Part shown: in pieces, positions 29,587 to 40,082 of the stretch
How the letters are laid out: each line of letters opens with the position of its first letter
How positions within the stretch are numbered: the first letter of the stretch is position 1
Source: Longimicrobiales bacterium
GTDB taxonomy: Bacteria > Gemmatimonadota > Gemmatimonadetes > Longimicrobiales > Gaopeijiaceae
Length of the DNA: 64,000 nucleotides
Direction: 5' to 3'
Assembly (NCBI GenBank): GCA_965204735.1
Contig: OZ242008.1
Location: 1,696,001-1,760,000 of the forward strand
The notes under the pieces: model-generated
What the model saw: the letters and a program-made list of their open reading frames with translations, nothing else
Database searches by the model: none
What the model was told of the DNA's origin: nothing
Translations under genes and position numbers: made by a program

Positions 29587-30560
29587 TCCCCCTTCGCCGG
29601 CCGGCCGACTCCGCGGTCGAAGGCGTCGCCCCGACGCCCCGGTCCCCGCGCCTCGCGAACCCCGAGGCCGTGCGCTTCCTCGACCAGCTGGAGACGGCGC
29701 GGGGCCTTTCGGCCCACACCATCGCCGCCTACCGCCGGGACCTGGCCGACCTGGAGCACTTCGTCGCCGGCTACCTCGGCCGCGACGACTTCCGCTGGCG
29801 CGACGTGACCCGGGGCGTGGTCCGCGCCTACCTGGGCGAGGCCCGCCGACGCCGACTGGCCCCTCGGACGATCGCGCGCAGGCTCTCGTCGGCCCGGTCG
29901 TTCTTCGGCCACCTCCGCAGGGAAGGGAAGCTCCCGTCGAACCCGGCCCGGACGGTCCGGGGCCCAAAGCTCGACCGCACGCTCCCGGGCCACCTCCGGG
30001 GCGACGAGGCCGACTCCCTCTTCCGGTGGGCCGCGGACCAGGCCGCCCACACGAATGGGTTCGGCGAGACCCGACTCCTGGCCATGCTCGAGCTCCTCTA
30101 CGGCAGCGGCCTCCGAGTCTCCGAGCTGGCGTCCCTCAACCCAAGCTCCCTCGACTTGCAGCGCGGTCAGCTTCGGGCGCTGGGAAAGGGAAGGAAGGAA
30201 CGGATCGTTCCCGTCACCGACGCCGCGGCCAAGGCGGTCCGCAACTACCTGCCCCGTCGCCAGGAGACCGTCGCCGCCGGTTGCCGAGCCCTCTTCGTGA
30301 ACCACGCCGGCAGGCGGCTTTCGGTCCGCTCGATCCAGAAGGCGGTGTCGGCGGCCCTGACGCGCTTCGCCGCCGCCGAAGGCCTGTCCGTGCACTCCCT
30401 GCGACATTCGTTCGCCACGCATCTCCTGGACTCGGGCGCCGACCTGATGGCGGTCAAGGAGCTGCTGGGGCACGCCTCCCTCTCCACGACCCAGATCTAC
30501 GCCCACACCTCCAAGGAACGCCTCCGCCGGGTCCACGCGGCGGCGCACCCCCGGGCCTAG
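29583..30560 (+). CDS. xerC: Tyrosine recombinase XerC
   Basis: LYGSGLRVSEL, GKGRKER, HSLRHSFATHLL, LLGHASLSTTQIY; trmFO-xerC-hslVU synteny. Confidence 0.92.
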   Translation: MIPLRRPADSAVEGVAPTPRSPRLANPEAVRFLDQLETARGLSAHTIAAYRRDLADLEHFVAGYLGRDDFRWRDVTRGVVRAYLGEARRRRLAPRTIARRLSSARSFFGHLRREGKLPSNPARTVRGPKLDRTLPGHLRGDEADSLFRWAADQAAHTNGFGETRLLAMLELLYGSGLRVSELASLNPSSLDLQRGQLRALGKGRKERIVPVTDAAAKAVRNYLPRRQETVAAGCRALFVNHAGRRLSVRSIQKAVSAALTRFAAAEGLSVHSLRHSFATHLLDSGADLMAVKELLGHASLSTTQIYAHTSKERLRRVHAAAHPRA

Positions 30561-30704
30561 GCCGGCGTCGCGCCCCGGTCTTGCTGGACTCCTCCGGCGG
30601 CCCGCTCCCCCGCACGGCCCTTTGGCCGGCCCTTGCGAGTCGGCGGCGCGCCTCCGGTTCGGCGGACTTCCAGGGCTTCCCCGTTCATCTACCTTTGATT
30701 CGTC

Positions 30705-31274
30705 ATGCACTCCCCGTCCCCCATCCTTCCCAGCGCCCGCGTGCGGGCCACCACCGTGATCGCCGTGGCCCGAGACGGCCGCGTGGCCATGGCAGGCGAC
30801 GGCCAAGTCACCGTCGGCGACACGGTCGTGAAGGGCGCGGCCCGCAAGGTCCGCCGCCTCAAGGACGACAACGTCCTCGTGGGCTTCGCCGGGGCCGTCG
30901 CCGACGCCTTCACCCTCTTCGCCAAGCTGGAGTCCAAGCTGGAGCGGTGGCCGTCCAACCTGCCCCGGGCGTGCGTCGAGCTGGCCAAGGAGTGGCGCAC
31001 CGACCGCTACCTCCGCCGCCTCGAGGCGCTGCTGGCCGTCGCGGACCGGGAACATATGTTCCTCGTGGGCGGAGACGGCAACGTCATCGAGCCCGACCGG
31101 CCCGTCCTGGCGATCGGTTCCGGTGGCGGCTACGCGCTGGCGGCCGCCCGCGCCCTGTACGCGCGCCCCGAGCTGGGGGCGGCCGAGATCGCCCGCGAGG
31201 CCCTGGAGATCGCTGCCGACATCTGCGTGTTCACCAACCGAGAGATCACGGTGCTGGAGCTGAAGCCTTCATGA
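30705..31274 (+). CDS. hslV: ATP-dependent protease subunit HslV
   Basis: [39 protein letters not shown]. Confidence 0.96.
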   Translation: MHSPSPILPSARVRATTVIAVARDGRVAMAGDGQVTVGDTVVKGAARKVRRLKDDNVLVGFAGAVADAFTLFAKLESKLERWPSNLPRACVELAKEWRTDRYLRRLEALLAVADREHMFLVGGDGNVIEPDRPVLAIGSGGGYALAAARALYARPELGAAEIAREALEIAADICVFTNREITVLELKPS

Positions 31275-32839
31275 CGTCAAAGTCCCGACCGCCGCACTCC
31301 CCGCCGTCGGCGCCGGGCCGGCCCTCCGGTTCCGCCCAGGGCGCCGGCGACCAGCCTGCCGAGAACGACTGGGGACTGAGCCGCCTGACTCCCCAGCAGA
31401 TCGTCGCCGAGCTGGACAAGTACATCGTCGGCCAGTCGGATGCCAAGAAGGCCGTCGCCATTGCGCTCCGGAACCGCTGGCGGCGTCAGCAGGTGGAAGA
31501 CGATCTGCGCGACGAGATACTTCCCAACAACCTGATCATGATCGGCCCGACCGGGGTGGGGAAGACCGAGGTCGCTCGCCGGCTGGCCCGCTTGGCCGGC
31601 TCTCCCTTCGTGAAGGTCGAGGCGTCGAAGTTCACCGAGGTGGGCTACGTGGGCAGGGACGTGGAGTCGATGATCCGCGACTTGGTGGACACCGCCGTCA
31701 ACATGGTGCGCACCGAGCGCGAAGAAGAAGTCGAGGCGGCCGCGGAGCACAACGTGGAGGAACGCCTGCTTGACCTGCTTCTCCCCGACTCCAACGACGG
31801 TCCTTCCGTCCCGAAGCGTGGAGCTGCGAAGGCGTCGGCGCCCGTGGCGCAGCAATCCGTGGAGCCCGGCGGCCCGCCCAAGATATTCGTCGCGGGTCCG
31901 GGCGACGGCGTCGGAAGGGCAGGGGCGGGCGCCGAGGAAGCCCTGGCCGAGCGTCGCGCCCGAACCCGCGAGAAGCTTCGCAAGCTCCTCCACGACGGCC
32001 AGCTCGAAGACCGCAAGGTGGAGATCGACATCCAGCACGCCCCTTCCATGGAGGGGATGATGTTTCCCGTCGGCGGCATGGAGGGAGTGGACGTCAACTT
32101 CACCGAGATGCTCCAGGACATGCTTCCCAAGCGCACGAAGCGCCGCGCCGTCACCATCGGCGAGGCCAGGCGCATCCTCCTCCAGGAAGAGCTGGACCGC
32201 CTGGTGGACATGGACGAGGTGGTGAACGAAGCGATGGACCGGGCCGAAGAGATCGGCATCGTCTTCCTGGACGAGTTGGACAAGGTGGCCGGCGTGCGCG
32301 CCGGCACGGGTCCCGACGTGAGCCGGGAAGGGGTCCAGCGGGACCTGCTTCCCATCGTCGAGGGCTCCAACGTCCAGACGCGCTACGGGATGGTCCGCAC
32401 CGACCACATGCTCTTCATCGCCGCCGGGGCGTTTCACGTCTCCAAGCCTTCGGACCTGATCCCCGAGCTTCAGGGGCGCTTCCCCATCCGGGTGGAGCTG
32501 AAGAGCCTCGGCGCGCCCGAGTTCGTCCGCATCCTCCAGGAGCCGCAGAACGCCTTGGTCCGACAGTACCGGGCGCTCGTGGAGACCGAGGGCGCGTCGC
32601 TGAAGTTCACCGCCGGCGGGATCCAGGAGATCGCCCGGATCGCCGCCGACCTCAACGACCGGCTGGAGAACATCGGGGCCCGCCGGCTCCGCACCGTCCT
32701 CACCAACCTCCTGGAAGACATGATGTACGGCCTTCCCGACGAGGGCCGCGGCGACGAAGTGGTCGTCTCCAAGGCGTTCGTCAAGAAGCGGCTCGAGAAG
32801 GTCGCTTCCGACGACGACCTCAGCCGCTACATCCTCTGA
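31271..32839 (+). CDS. hslU: ATP-dependent protease ATPase HslU
   Basis: [49 protein letters not shown]-terminus. Confidence 0.97.
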   Translation: MTSKSRPPHSPPSAPGRPSGSAQGAGDQPAENDWGLSRLTPQQIVAELDKYIVGQSDAKKAVAIALRNRWRRQQVEDDLRDEILPNNLIMIGPTGVGKTEVARRLARLAGSPFVKVEASKFTEVGYVGRDVESMIRDLVDTAVNMVRTEREEEVEAAAEHNVEERLLDLLLPDSNDGPSVPKRGAAKASAPVAQQSVEPGGPPKIFVAGPGDGVGRAGAGAEEALAERRARTREKLRKLLHDGQLEDRKVEIDIQHAPSMEGMMFPVGGMEGVDVNFTEMLQDMLPKRTKRRAVTIGEARRILLQEELDRLVDMDEVVNEAMDRAEEIGIVFLDELDKVAGVRAGTGPDVSREGVQRDLLPIVEGSNVQTRYGMVRTDHMLFIAAGAFHVSKPSDLIPELQGRFPIRVELKSLGAPEFVRILQEPQNALVRQYRALVETEGASLKFTAGGIQEIARIAADLNDRLENIGARRLRTVLTNLLEDMMYGLPDEGRGDEVVVSKAFVKKRLEKVASDDDLSRYIL

Positions 32840-32843
32840 TCCC

Positions 32844-33884
32844 GTGACGTCTCGACCCGCCGGCAACGTTCCCGCCAGCCCCGGCCGTCGCCCAAGGCCC
32901 GCCCGTCGGCCTCGGCGCGCCGCCTGCGGTCTTGCTGCCGGACGCGACGCCCGCTCGGCTCGCCCCGAAGCGCCTGCCGACTTCCTCGACCTGTCCGACC
33001 ACGACGCCGACGGCCTCCGCGCCGTTCTGAGCGACGCGGCGCGCCTCAAGTCCGGCGAACTCTCGGGCCCGCTCCTGGCCGGTCGCACCCTTGCCATGAT
33101 CTTCCGCAAGAGTTCGACCCGCACCCGCGTCAGCGCGGAAGTCGGCATGACCCAGCTCGGGGGCCACGCCGTCATGATCTCGGACCACGACTCGCAGATG
33201 GGAAGGGGCGAGAGCGTGGCCGACACGGCCAAGGTGCTGAGCTGCTACGTGGACGCCATCCTCGTCCGCACCTTCGCCCACGAGGAGCTCCTGGAGTTCG
33301 CCCGCGAGGCCGCGGCGCCGGTGGTGAACGGCCTCACCGACCTGCTCCATCCCTGCCAGGTGATGGCCGACCTTCTCACCGCCGCCGAAGAGTTCGGACC
33401 CTCTCTCGACGAGCTGCGGGTGGCTTGGATCGGGGACGGCAACAACATGGCCAACTCGTGGCTCAACGCCGCCGCCCGCCTTGGCTTCTCCCTCCGGCTC
33501 GCCTGCCCGGAAGGCTACGAGCCGGACCCGGCGATATTGGCGCGGGCCGGCCGCGAGGCGGGTGCGGAGCTGGTCCGCGACCCGGCCGAAGCCGCGGCCG
33601 GCGCCCACGTGGTGACGACCGACGTGTGGGCGTCGATGGGCCAGGAAGACGAGGCGACGGCCCGCCGAACGGCGTTCTCCGGCTACCGCGTGGACGACGC
33701 GCTCATGCGCCGGGCCGATCCGACTGCCGTCTTCCTCCACTGCCTTCCCGCGCATCGGGGCGAGGAGGTGACGGCGTCCGTCGTCGACGGCCCCCGCTCC
33801 CGCGTCCTCCGGGAAGCAGAGAACCGACTGCACGTGATCAAGGCCGTTCTGCTGGCCTTGATCGACCCGTCCGCTCGATCGTGA
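32844..33884 (+). CDS. argF: Ornithine carbamoyltransferase
   Basis: SSTRTRVS, HPCQ, DVWASMG, HCLP. Confidence 0.95.
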   Translation: MTSRPAGNVPASPGRRPRPARRPRRAACGLAAGRDARSARPEAPADFLDLSDHDADGLRAVLSDAARLKSGELSGPLLAGRTLAMIFRKSSTRTRVSAEVGMTQLGGHAVMISDHDSQMGRGESVADTAKVLSCYVDAILVRTFAHEELLEFAREAAAPVVNGLTDLLHPCQVMADLLTAAEEFGPSLDELRVAWIGDGNNMANSWLNAAARLGFSLRLACPEGYEPDPAILARAGREAGAELVRDPAEAAAGAHVVTTDVWASMGQEDEATARRTAFSGYRVDDALMRRADPTAVFLHCLPAHRGEEVTASVVDGPRSRVLREAENRLHVIKAVLLALIDPSARS

Positions 33885-33921
33885 TCACCCGTCCGCCCGC
33901 CGCCACAGGGAACGCGAAGCG

Positions 33922-35037
33922 ATGGCCCCGCCCCTGATCCGCACCCCGCTTCACGACGTCCATTCGTCGCTGGGCGCCAAGATGGTTCCCTTCGCCGGCT
34001 ACGAGATGCCGATCCAGTACCCCGGCGGCATCCGCGCCGAGCACGCCGCCGTGCGCACCGCCGCCGGCCTCTTCGACGTGTCCCACATGGGCGAGTTCAC
34101 GGTCCGCGGCTCCGATGCCGCCGACTTCGTGCAGCGCCTGACCGTGAACGACGTGTCCAGGGTCGTGCCCGGCCAAGCCCAGTACTCGGCGATCTGCGAC
34201 GAAGCCGGACGGGTGCTGGACGACCTTCTGGTCTACCGCTTCGACGACCGCTTCGTCCTGGTGGTCAACGCAAGCAACCGCCGCAAGGACTGGGAGTGGT
34301 GCCAGCGGCACGCCGGCCCCTTCGACGTGGAGCTCTCGGACGACTCCGACGAGATCGCCCTCGTGGCCTTGCAGGGGCCTTCGGCGCAGAAGATCCTGGC
34401 GCCCCTCGCGACCGGGCGCGACGCCCTCTCCGACATCGGCTACTACCGCTTCGCACAGGGGGCCGTGGCCGGTGTGGACGCGGTGATCAGCCGCACGGGC
34501 TACACCGGCGAGGACGGCTTCGAGCTCTACGTCCCGGCCGGCGGCGCCGAGAGGGTGTGGCGCGCCGTTCAGGAGGCCGGCGAGCCCCACGGCTTGGTCC
34601 CCGCCGGCCTGGGAGCACGGGACTCGCTGCGCCTCGAGGTCGGCTACGCGCTGTACGGGAACGACCTGGGCGAGGAGCACACCGCCATCGAGTCCGGGCT
34701 GAGCTGGATCGTGAAGCTCGACGCCGGCGACTTCGTGGGCCGCGAAGCGCTGGCCGCCGAGAAGGCCCGGGGCCCCGCGCGCCGCCTGGTGGGGATCCGC
34801 CTTCTGGAACGGGGTTTTCCGCGACCCGGCTACCCCCTCGTGCACGAGGGCGAGGACGTGGGCGTCGTGACTTCGGGCGTGGCCAGCCCGACCTTGGGCT
34901 GCGGCGTCGCCCTGGGCTACCTGCCTGCCGAGGCGGCCCGTCCCGGCACCGACGTGGGCGTCCGCATTCGGGGCCGGGTGGTGGCCGGACGCACCCAGAG
35001 GCCGCCCTTCTACACCGAGGGCTCGATCCGCAGGTAG
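33922..35037 (+). CDS. gcvT: Glycine cleavage system T protein
   Basis: GLFDVSHMGE, ALQGP, RTGYTGEDGFE, GLGARDSLRLE. Confidence 0.96.
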   Translation: MAPPLIRTPLHDVHSSLGAKMVPFAGYEMPIQYPGGIRAEHAAVRTAAGLFDVSHMGEFTVRGSDAADFVQRLTVNDVSRVVPGQAQYSAICDEAGRVLDDLLVYRFDDRFVLVVNASNRRKDWEWCQRHAGPFDVELSDDSDEIALVALQGPSAQKILAPLATGRDALSDIGYYRFAQGAVAGVDAVISRTGYTGEDGFELYVPAGGAERVWRAVQEAGEPHGLVPAGLGARDSLRLEVGYALYGNDLGEEHTAIESGLSWIVKLDAGDFVGREALAAEKARGPARRLVGIRLLERGFPRPGYPLVHEGEDVGVVTSGVASPTLGCGVALGYLPAEAARPGTDVGVRIRGRVVAGRTQRPPFYTEGSIRR

Positions 35038-35060
35038 CCCTCCAAGCCCGCGAACGCGCC

Positions 35061-36848
35061 ATGGCGGAGTCCGTCCTTCTCACCACCCACGACCTGCCCC
35101 TGGCGGGCAAGTTGCGCGCGGGCTTCCGCAGAGCCGGGTACCGAGTGGAGCTCCTGGCCAAGGGCGAGGACCCTTCCTACGTGGACGACGCGACGCTCCT
35201 GGTCGTCACCGGCGGACTCGACGAGCCGACAGGGGACGCCTCGAGCGATCGGGAGTCCGCCTCCGCCCAAGCTCGCCGCACCGTCCTCCAGGGCCGGACG
35301 ATGGGCGTTCCGGTCTTCGTGGTCGGCGGCCGTTCCGGGGCGCCTCTCCCGGAGGGGGCTGCGGCGGCTTTCCCGCAGCCGGCCGACGCCGACGAGATCG
35401 TGCTGGTGGGCCGTCGCGCCGTCGAGCGGAGGCGGCTGCGCGAGGCGACCGGAATCGTGGGCGAGACCGACGCCATGGTGGAGGTGCTGGAGCGGATCGT
35501 CCAGATCGCCCCCGTGGACGCCACCGTCCTCGTCACGGGCGAGTCGGGAACCGGCAAGGAGCTAGTGGCCAGGGGCCTCCACGCCCTCTCCCGCCGTCGC
35601 CACAACTCCTTCATCCCGGTCAACATGGCCGCCCTCCCCGAGTCCATCCTGGAGAGCGAGCTCTTCGGTCACGAGAAGGGGGCGTTCACGGGGGCCGTGG
35701 ATTCGCGAAGGGGCATCTTCGAGCTGGCCGACGGCGGCACCGTCTTCCTCGACGAGATCGGCGAGATGCCCCTCCAGACCCAGACCAAGCTCCTCCGCGT
35801 GCTGGAGCAGCAGGAGTTCCTCCGCGTGGGCGGCCAGAAGCCGATCCAGGTCAACGTCCGCATCCTGGCCGCCACAAACCAGCGCTTGCCCGAGCGCGTG
35901 GCCGCCGGCGAGTTCCGCAAGGACCTCTACTACCGCCTCAACGTCCTCCACATCTCCTTGCCCCCCCTTCGCGACCGGTCCGAGGACATCCCTCTCCTCG
36001 TGGCCGCCTTCGTCGCCGACGCCAGCAAGCGCCACGACCGGGGTCCCTTCCAGGGAATCTCCGGCGAGGCGATGCGCATCCTCGTCCGGCACCGCTGGCC
36101 CGGCAACGTGCGGGAACTCCGCAACTTGGTCGAGAGCATGGTGGTGCTCGCGCCCGGCAAGAAGATCCGCGCCGAGGACATCCCGGCCGACGTGCGCGCG
36201 GGCGAAGGCTCCAAGGCCCTGGTCCACGCCTCGACCCCGGCGGCAGGCCCCGCCAGGGCAGACGCTTTGGGCTTGCGGCCCCAGTTCGAGTTCATCTTCC
36301 GCACGATGATGGAGATGAAGGTGGACATCGAGGACCTGCGGCGGGAGTTCGACGCCTTCCGCCGCGCCGAGGAAGAGGGGGCGCCCCGCCGGGCGTCGGC
36401 CGAGATCGTCTACGAACGGATCCAAGGCGGCTTGCCTGCCGAAGACGATCCCCTGGGGTCGGACCTCGCCTTCGAGGTAGACCCGGCCCCGCCGGCGAGC
36501 CCGCCGGCCGAAGCGCCGCGGCCCGACCCGGGACCCGCCGACGGCACCCCCCCCGGCCGCACAGAGCCTCCGTCCCCTCCCGAGGAAGGCCCGCTTCCCT
36601 CCGGCGCAGTCACTTACCTGCCCGGCATGACCTTGGACGACATGGAACGAGGGGTCGTGCGGGCAGCCCTGGGCAGTGTGGACGGAAACCGGCGCTTGGC
36701 GGCCGAGAGCCTGGGCATCGGCGAGCGGACCCTCTATCGCAAGATCGCCCGACTGGGCCTGGAAGAAGGGCTGAACCCGCCGGAGGGACGAGACGACGCG
36801 CCAAGCGCCGGCGAAGACGACCCGCAGGGCGGGAGGGTCGCGGGCTAG
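35061..36848 (+). CDS. Sigma-54-dependent transcriptional activator (degenerate receiver-like N-terminus, AAA+, Fis-type HTH)
   Basis: GESGTGKE, ESELFGHEKGAFTGA, FLDEIGE, WPGNVREL, AESLGIGERTLYRK. Confidence 0.93.
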   Translation: MAESVLLTTHDLPLAGKLRAGFRRAGYRVELLAKGEDPSYVDDATLLVVTGGLDEPTGDASSDRESASAQARRTVLQGRTMGVPVFVVGGRSGAPLPEGAAAAFPQPADADEIVLVGRRAVERRRLREATGIVGETDAMVEVLERIVQIAPVDATVLVTGESGTGKELVARGLHALSRRRHNSFIPVNMAALPESILESELFGHEKGAFTGAVDSRRGIFELADGGTVFLDEIGEMPLQTQTKLLRVLEQQEFLRVGGQKPIQVNVRILAATNQRLPERVAAGEFRKDLYYRLNVLHISLPPLRDRSEDIPLLVAAFVADASKRHDRGPFQGISGEAMRILVRHRWPGNVRELRNLVESMVVLAPGKKIRAEDIPADVRAGEGSKALVHASTPAAGPARADALGLRPQFEFIFRTMMEMKVDIEDLRREFDAFRRAEEEGAPRRASAEIVYERIQGGLPAEDDPLGSDLAFEVDPAPPASPPAEAPRPDPGPADGTPPGRTEPPSPPEEGPLPSGAVTYLPGMTLDDMERGVVRAALGSVDGNRRLAAESLGIGERTLYRKIARLGLEEGLNPPEGRDDAPSAGEDDPQGGRVAG

Positions 36849-36865
36849 GTGCTGCCAGGGGGACT

Positions 36866-37105
36866 CTAGTCCTCGCAGTCCTGCCCGTCGGCGCGGTCAA
36901 CGATCCCCTTGGAGATGTCCGCGATCAGCCAGATGATGGCGCCGGCGGCCCACGCCGTCACCGCCGACACTATCGCTTCCGGGGACGGGTCCACGACTGG
37001 TCCCACCGTCGCCGTCGCTACCGCGACGATCACTGCGCATCGAGCTCGGCGCCGATACCTTGCGACCTTCTCGACGGCTCCAGCGCTGGTATTCGATCTT
37101 GCCAT
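36866..37105 (-). CDS. Small hypothetical membrane protein
   Basis: Short ORF just downstream of acnA with two hydrophobic stretches. Confidence 0.4.
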   Translation of the reverse strand: MARSNTSAGAVEKVARYRRRARCAVIVAVATATVGPVVDPSPEAIVSAVTAWAAGAIIWLIADISKGIVDRADGQDCED

Positions 37106-37132
37106 CGTCGTTGACCCCAATCAGGCATTAGG

Positions 37133-39970
37133 CTAGCCGGCGCCCCCCGCCGCCAGCTTCCGCAGCACCGTGTGGAGGATGCCGCCGTTGCGATAGTACT
37201 CCACCTCCACGTCCGAGTCCAGCCGGGCCGTCGCATGGAACTCGATCCGGCGCCCGTCGCTCCGGGTGGCCGTCACCGCGACCGTGCTTCGGCGCGCCAG
37301 CCCGTCGGCGACCCCGGAAATGTCGTAGCTCTCGTCCCCCGTGAGTCCCAGCGACTCGCCCCCTTCGCCCTCCGCGAACTGGAGAGGCAGCACGCCCATC
37401 CCCACCAGGTTGGAGCGGTGGATGCGCTCGTAGCTCTCGGCGATCACCGCCCTCACGCCCAGGAGCAGCGTGCCCTTGGCAGCCCAGTCTCGGGAGCTGC
37501 CTGTCCCGTACTCGCGTCCCGCGATCACGATCAGGGGCGTCCCGGCCGCTCGATAGCGCTCCGCCGCCTCGAAGACCGACACGACGTCGCCGCTGGGGAC
37601 GTGCCGCGTCCAGCCGCCCTCCTTGCCGTCGAGCAGCAGGTTGCGCAGTCGCACGTTCCCGAAGGTGCCCCGCATCATCACCTCGTGGTTGCCGCGCCGG
37701 GCGCCGAACGTGTTGAAGTGGATCGGTGTCACCCCCAGCCCCTGGAGGTACTGGCCGGCAGGCTCGTTCCTGGGAATCGCGCCGGCGGGCGAGATGTGGT
37801 CGGTGGTCACCGTCTGGCCCAGCAGGGCAAGTACCCGGGCGTCGCGCACGTCCTCGGGCGCAGGGGCCGCGGGACTCATCCCCTGGAAGAAGGGCGGGTT
37901 GCGGATGTAGGTGGATTCGGCGTCCCACTCGTAGAGGCTTCCTTCCTCCGGCAGGGGCAGGGCGCGCCAGTGCTCGTCCCCGTCGAACACCCGCCCGTAG
38001 CGCTCTCTGTACATCTCCGGCTTCAGCGACGCCGCCACAGTGTCGCGAACCTCCTCGGGGGACGGCCAGATGTCGGCCAGGAAGACCGGGGCGCCGCCGC
38101 GGTCGCGGCCCAGCGGCTCCTCCCGCAGGTCGACGTCGATCCGCCCCGCCAGCGCGAACGCCACCACCAGCATCGGCGACGCAAGGTAGTTGGCGCGCAC
38201 CAGCGTGTGGATGCGGGCCTCGTAGTTGCGGTTCCCCGACAGGATCGAAGCCACGACCAGCCCGTTCTCCTCGACGGCCTCGGCCACCGGCCCCGGCAGC
38301 GGTCCGCTGTTGCCGATGCACGTCGTGCAGCCGTAGCCGACCAGGTTGAACTTGAGCTCCTCCAGGTACCGCATGAGCCCAGCCGCCTCCAGGTAGTCCG
38401 TGACCACCTGCGAGCCCGGCGCCATGCTGGTCTTCACCCACGGCTTCGGCTCCATCCCCAGCGCCCGCGCCTTCTTCGCCATCAGTCCGGCGCCGACCAT
38501 GACGGACGGGTTGGAGGTGTTGGTGCAGCTGGTGATCGCGGCCACCACGATGCTCCCGTCGCCGAGCTCGACTCGCTCGCCGCCCATCTCGATCTCGACG
38601 GTGCGACGAGCGCCGGCCTCGGCCCGGGGCCCGGGCTCGGCCCCGTTGCCGGACGCGCTCCCGCGGCCGGACGCGCTCCGGCTGCCGAACCCCGCCGGAC
38701 GCAGCTTCGGCAGGTCCCTGGGAAACGCCCGGTCGATCTCCGTCAGCGCGATCCGGTCCTGGGGACGCTTCGGCCCCGCCAAGCTGGGCACTACGGTCGA
38801 GAGGTCCAGCTCCAGCGCGGTCGTGTACTCGGGGTCGGGGGTGTCGTCGGTGCGGAAGAGGCCCAGTTCCTTGGCCACGCGCTCCACTCGCTCGACGTGG
38901 GCCGGCTCCCGCCCCGTGCCCGCCAAGTAGCGCAGCGCTTCGTCGTCCACCGGGAAGAAGCCGACGGTGGCGCCGTACTCGGGGGACATGTTGGCCAACG
39001 TGGCCTTGTCCGGCAGGCTCAGCCCCGACAGGCCGGCCCCGTAGTATTCGACGAACCGTCCCACGACCCCGTGGGCGCGGAGCATCTCGGTCACCCGGAG
39101 GACCAGATCGGTGGCGGTCGCGCCTTCGGAGAGCGCGCCCTTGAACTTCACGCCCACCACGTCCGGCAGGAGCATGTGGTAGGGCTCCCCCAGCAGCACC
39201 GCCTCCGCCTCGATGCCGCCGACGCCCCAGCCCACCACGCCCAGCCCGTTGATCATCGTCGTGTGGGAGTCGGTCCCGACCACCGTGTCCGGGTAGGCCA
39301 GCGCACCGCCTCCGTGTTCTCGCCGGTGCACCACCGACGCCAAGTACTCCAGGTTGACCTGGTGCACGATTCCCGTGCCCGGGGGCACGACCCGATAGTT
39401 CTCGAAGGCTTCCTGAGCCCAGCGGAGCAGGGCGTAGCGCTCCCGGTTGCGCTCGTACTCTCGGGCCACGTTCTTCTCGAAGGCGTAGCCGGTCCCGAAG
39501 AAGTCCACCTGCACCGAGTGGTCGATCACGAGATCGGCCGGGACGCGGGGGTTGATGCGCCGCGGGTCGCCGCCCATCGCCCGGATGCCGTCCCGCATCG
39601 AAGCCAGGTCCACGATCGCGGGCACGCCCGTGAAGTCCTGAAGAACAACCCGCGTGGGCATGAACGGGAAGTCGGGGCGGGGACCGTCGGGGTCCCAGGA
39701 AGCGACCGCTTCCACGTCCTCGGGCGAGACGTGACCGTCGCCCTCGTTGCGCAGCACGTTCTCCAGCAGGACGCGGATCGAGAACGGAAGGCGGTCGAGC
39801 GAGGGAACGACGCCGCTCTCCTCCAGGCGCGCCAAGCGAAAGCAGGACGTGCGGCCTTCCGCCAGCTCGACGGTGGCGAGGGCGCCGAATGGATCGGTGA
39901 GACTTGGCACGGCGGAGTCGACTCCTGGCCCAGAGGAACGTTGCGAAGGCTCGGATTGAAACGTAGCCAC
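37133..39970 (-). CDS. acnA: Aconitate hydratase A
   Basis: LQDFTGVP, DHSVQVD, GTDSHT, ITSCTNTSNP, GYGCTTCIGNSG, TTDHISPAG, GSSRDWAAKG. Confidence 0.97.
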   Translation of the reverse strand: MATFQSEPSQRSSGPGVDSAVPSLTDPFGALATVELAEGRTSCFRLARLEESGVVPSLDRLPFSIRVLLENVLRNEGDGHVSPEDVEAVASWDPDGPRPDFPFMPTRVVLQDFTGVPAIVDLASMRDGIRAMGGDPRRINPRVPADLVIDHSVQVDFFGTGYAFEKNVAREYERNRERYALLRWAQEAFENYRVVPPGTGIVHQVNLEYLASVVHRREHGGGALAYPDTVVGTDSHTTMINGLGVVGWGVGGIEAEAVLLGEPYHMLLPDVVGVKFKGALSEGATATDLVLRVTEMLRAHGVVGRFVEYYGAGLSGLSLPDKATLANMSPEYGATVGFFPVDDEALRYLAGTGREPAHVERVERVAKELGLFRTDDTPDPEYTTALELDLSTVVPSLAGPKRPQDRIALTEIDRAFPRDLPKLRPAGFGSRSASGRGSASGNGAEPGPRAEAGARRTVEIEMGGERVELGDGSIVVAAITSCTNTSNPSVMVGAGLMAKKARALGMEPKPWVKTSMAPGSQVVTDYLEAAGLMRYLEELKFNLVGYGCTTCIGNSGPLPGPVAEAVEENGLVVASILSGNRNYEARIHTLVRANYLASPMLVVAFALAGRIDVDLREEPLGRDRGGAPVFLADIWPSPEEVRDTVAASLKPEMYRERYGRVFDGDEHWRALPLPEEGSLYEWDAESTYIRNPPFFQGMSPAAPAPEDVRDARVLALLGQTVTTDHISPAGAIPRNEPAGQYLQGLGVTPIHFNTFGARRGNHEVMMRGTFGNVRLRNLLLDGKEGGWTRHVPSGDVVSVFEAAERYRAAGTPLIVIAGREYGTGSSRDWAAKGTLLLGVRAVIAESYERIHRSNLVGMGVLPLQFAEGEGGESLGLTGDESYDISGVADGLARRSTVAVTATRSDGRRIEFHATARLDSDVEVEYYRNGGILHTVLRKLAAGGAG

Positions 39971-40082
39971 CAGCGAGTGACACAGTGGCGCGGGACGGCC
40001 CCGATCTCAAGGCCATCCCGCCCGTCTCCAAAGCGTCCCGACACCTGCCGGTCGGCCGACTTTACGGACCGGTTCGCCCGCG

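Noticed and set aside
29583..30560. Phage or island integrase
   Set aside because: It sits in the conserved topA-trmFO-xerC-hslVU context with no mobile genes nearby; it is housekeeping XerC.
30622..30637. Sigma-54 promoter upstream of hslV (TGGCCGGCCCTTGC)
   Set aside because: GG-to-GC spacing is 9 nt rather than the required 10.
21466..36848. Very long ORFs apparently extending aroC, aroK, trmFO, hslU and the sigma-54 activator
   Set aside because: The extensions are off-frame read-through over neighbouring genes, typical of high GC; the real starts are internal.
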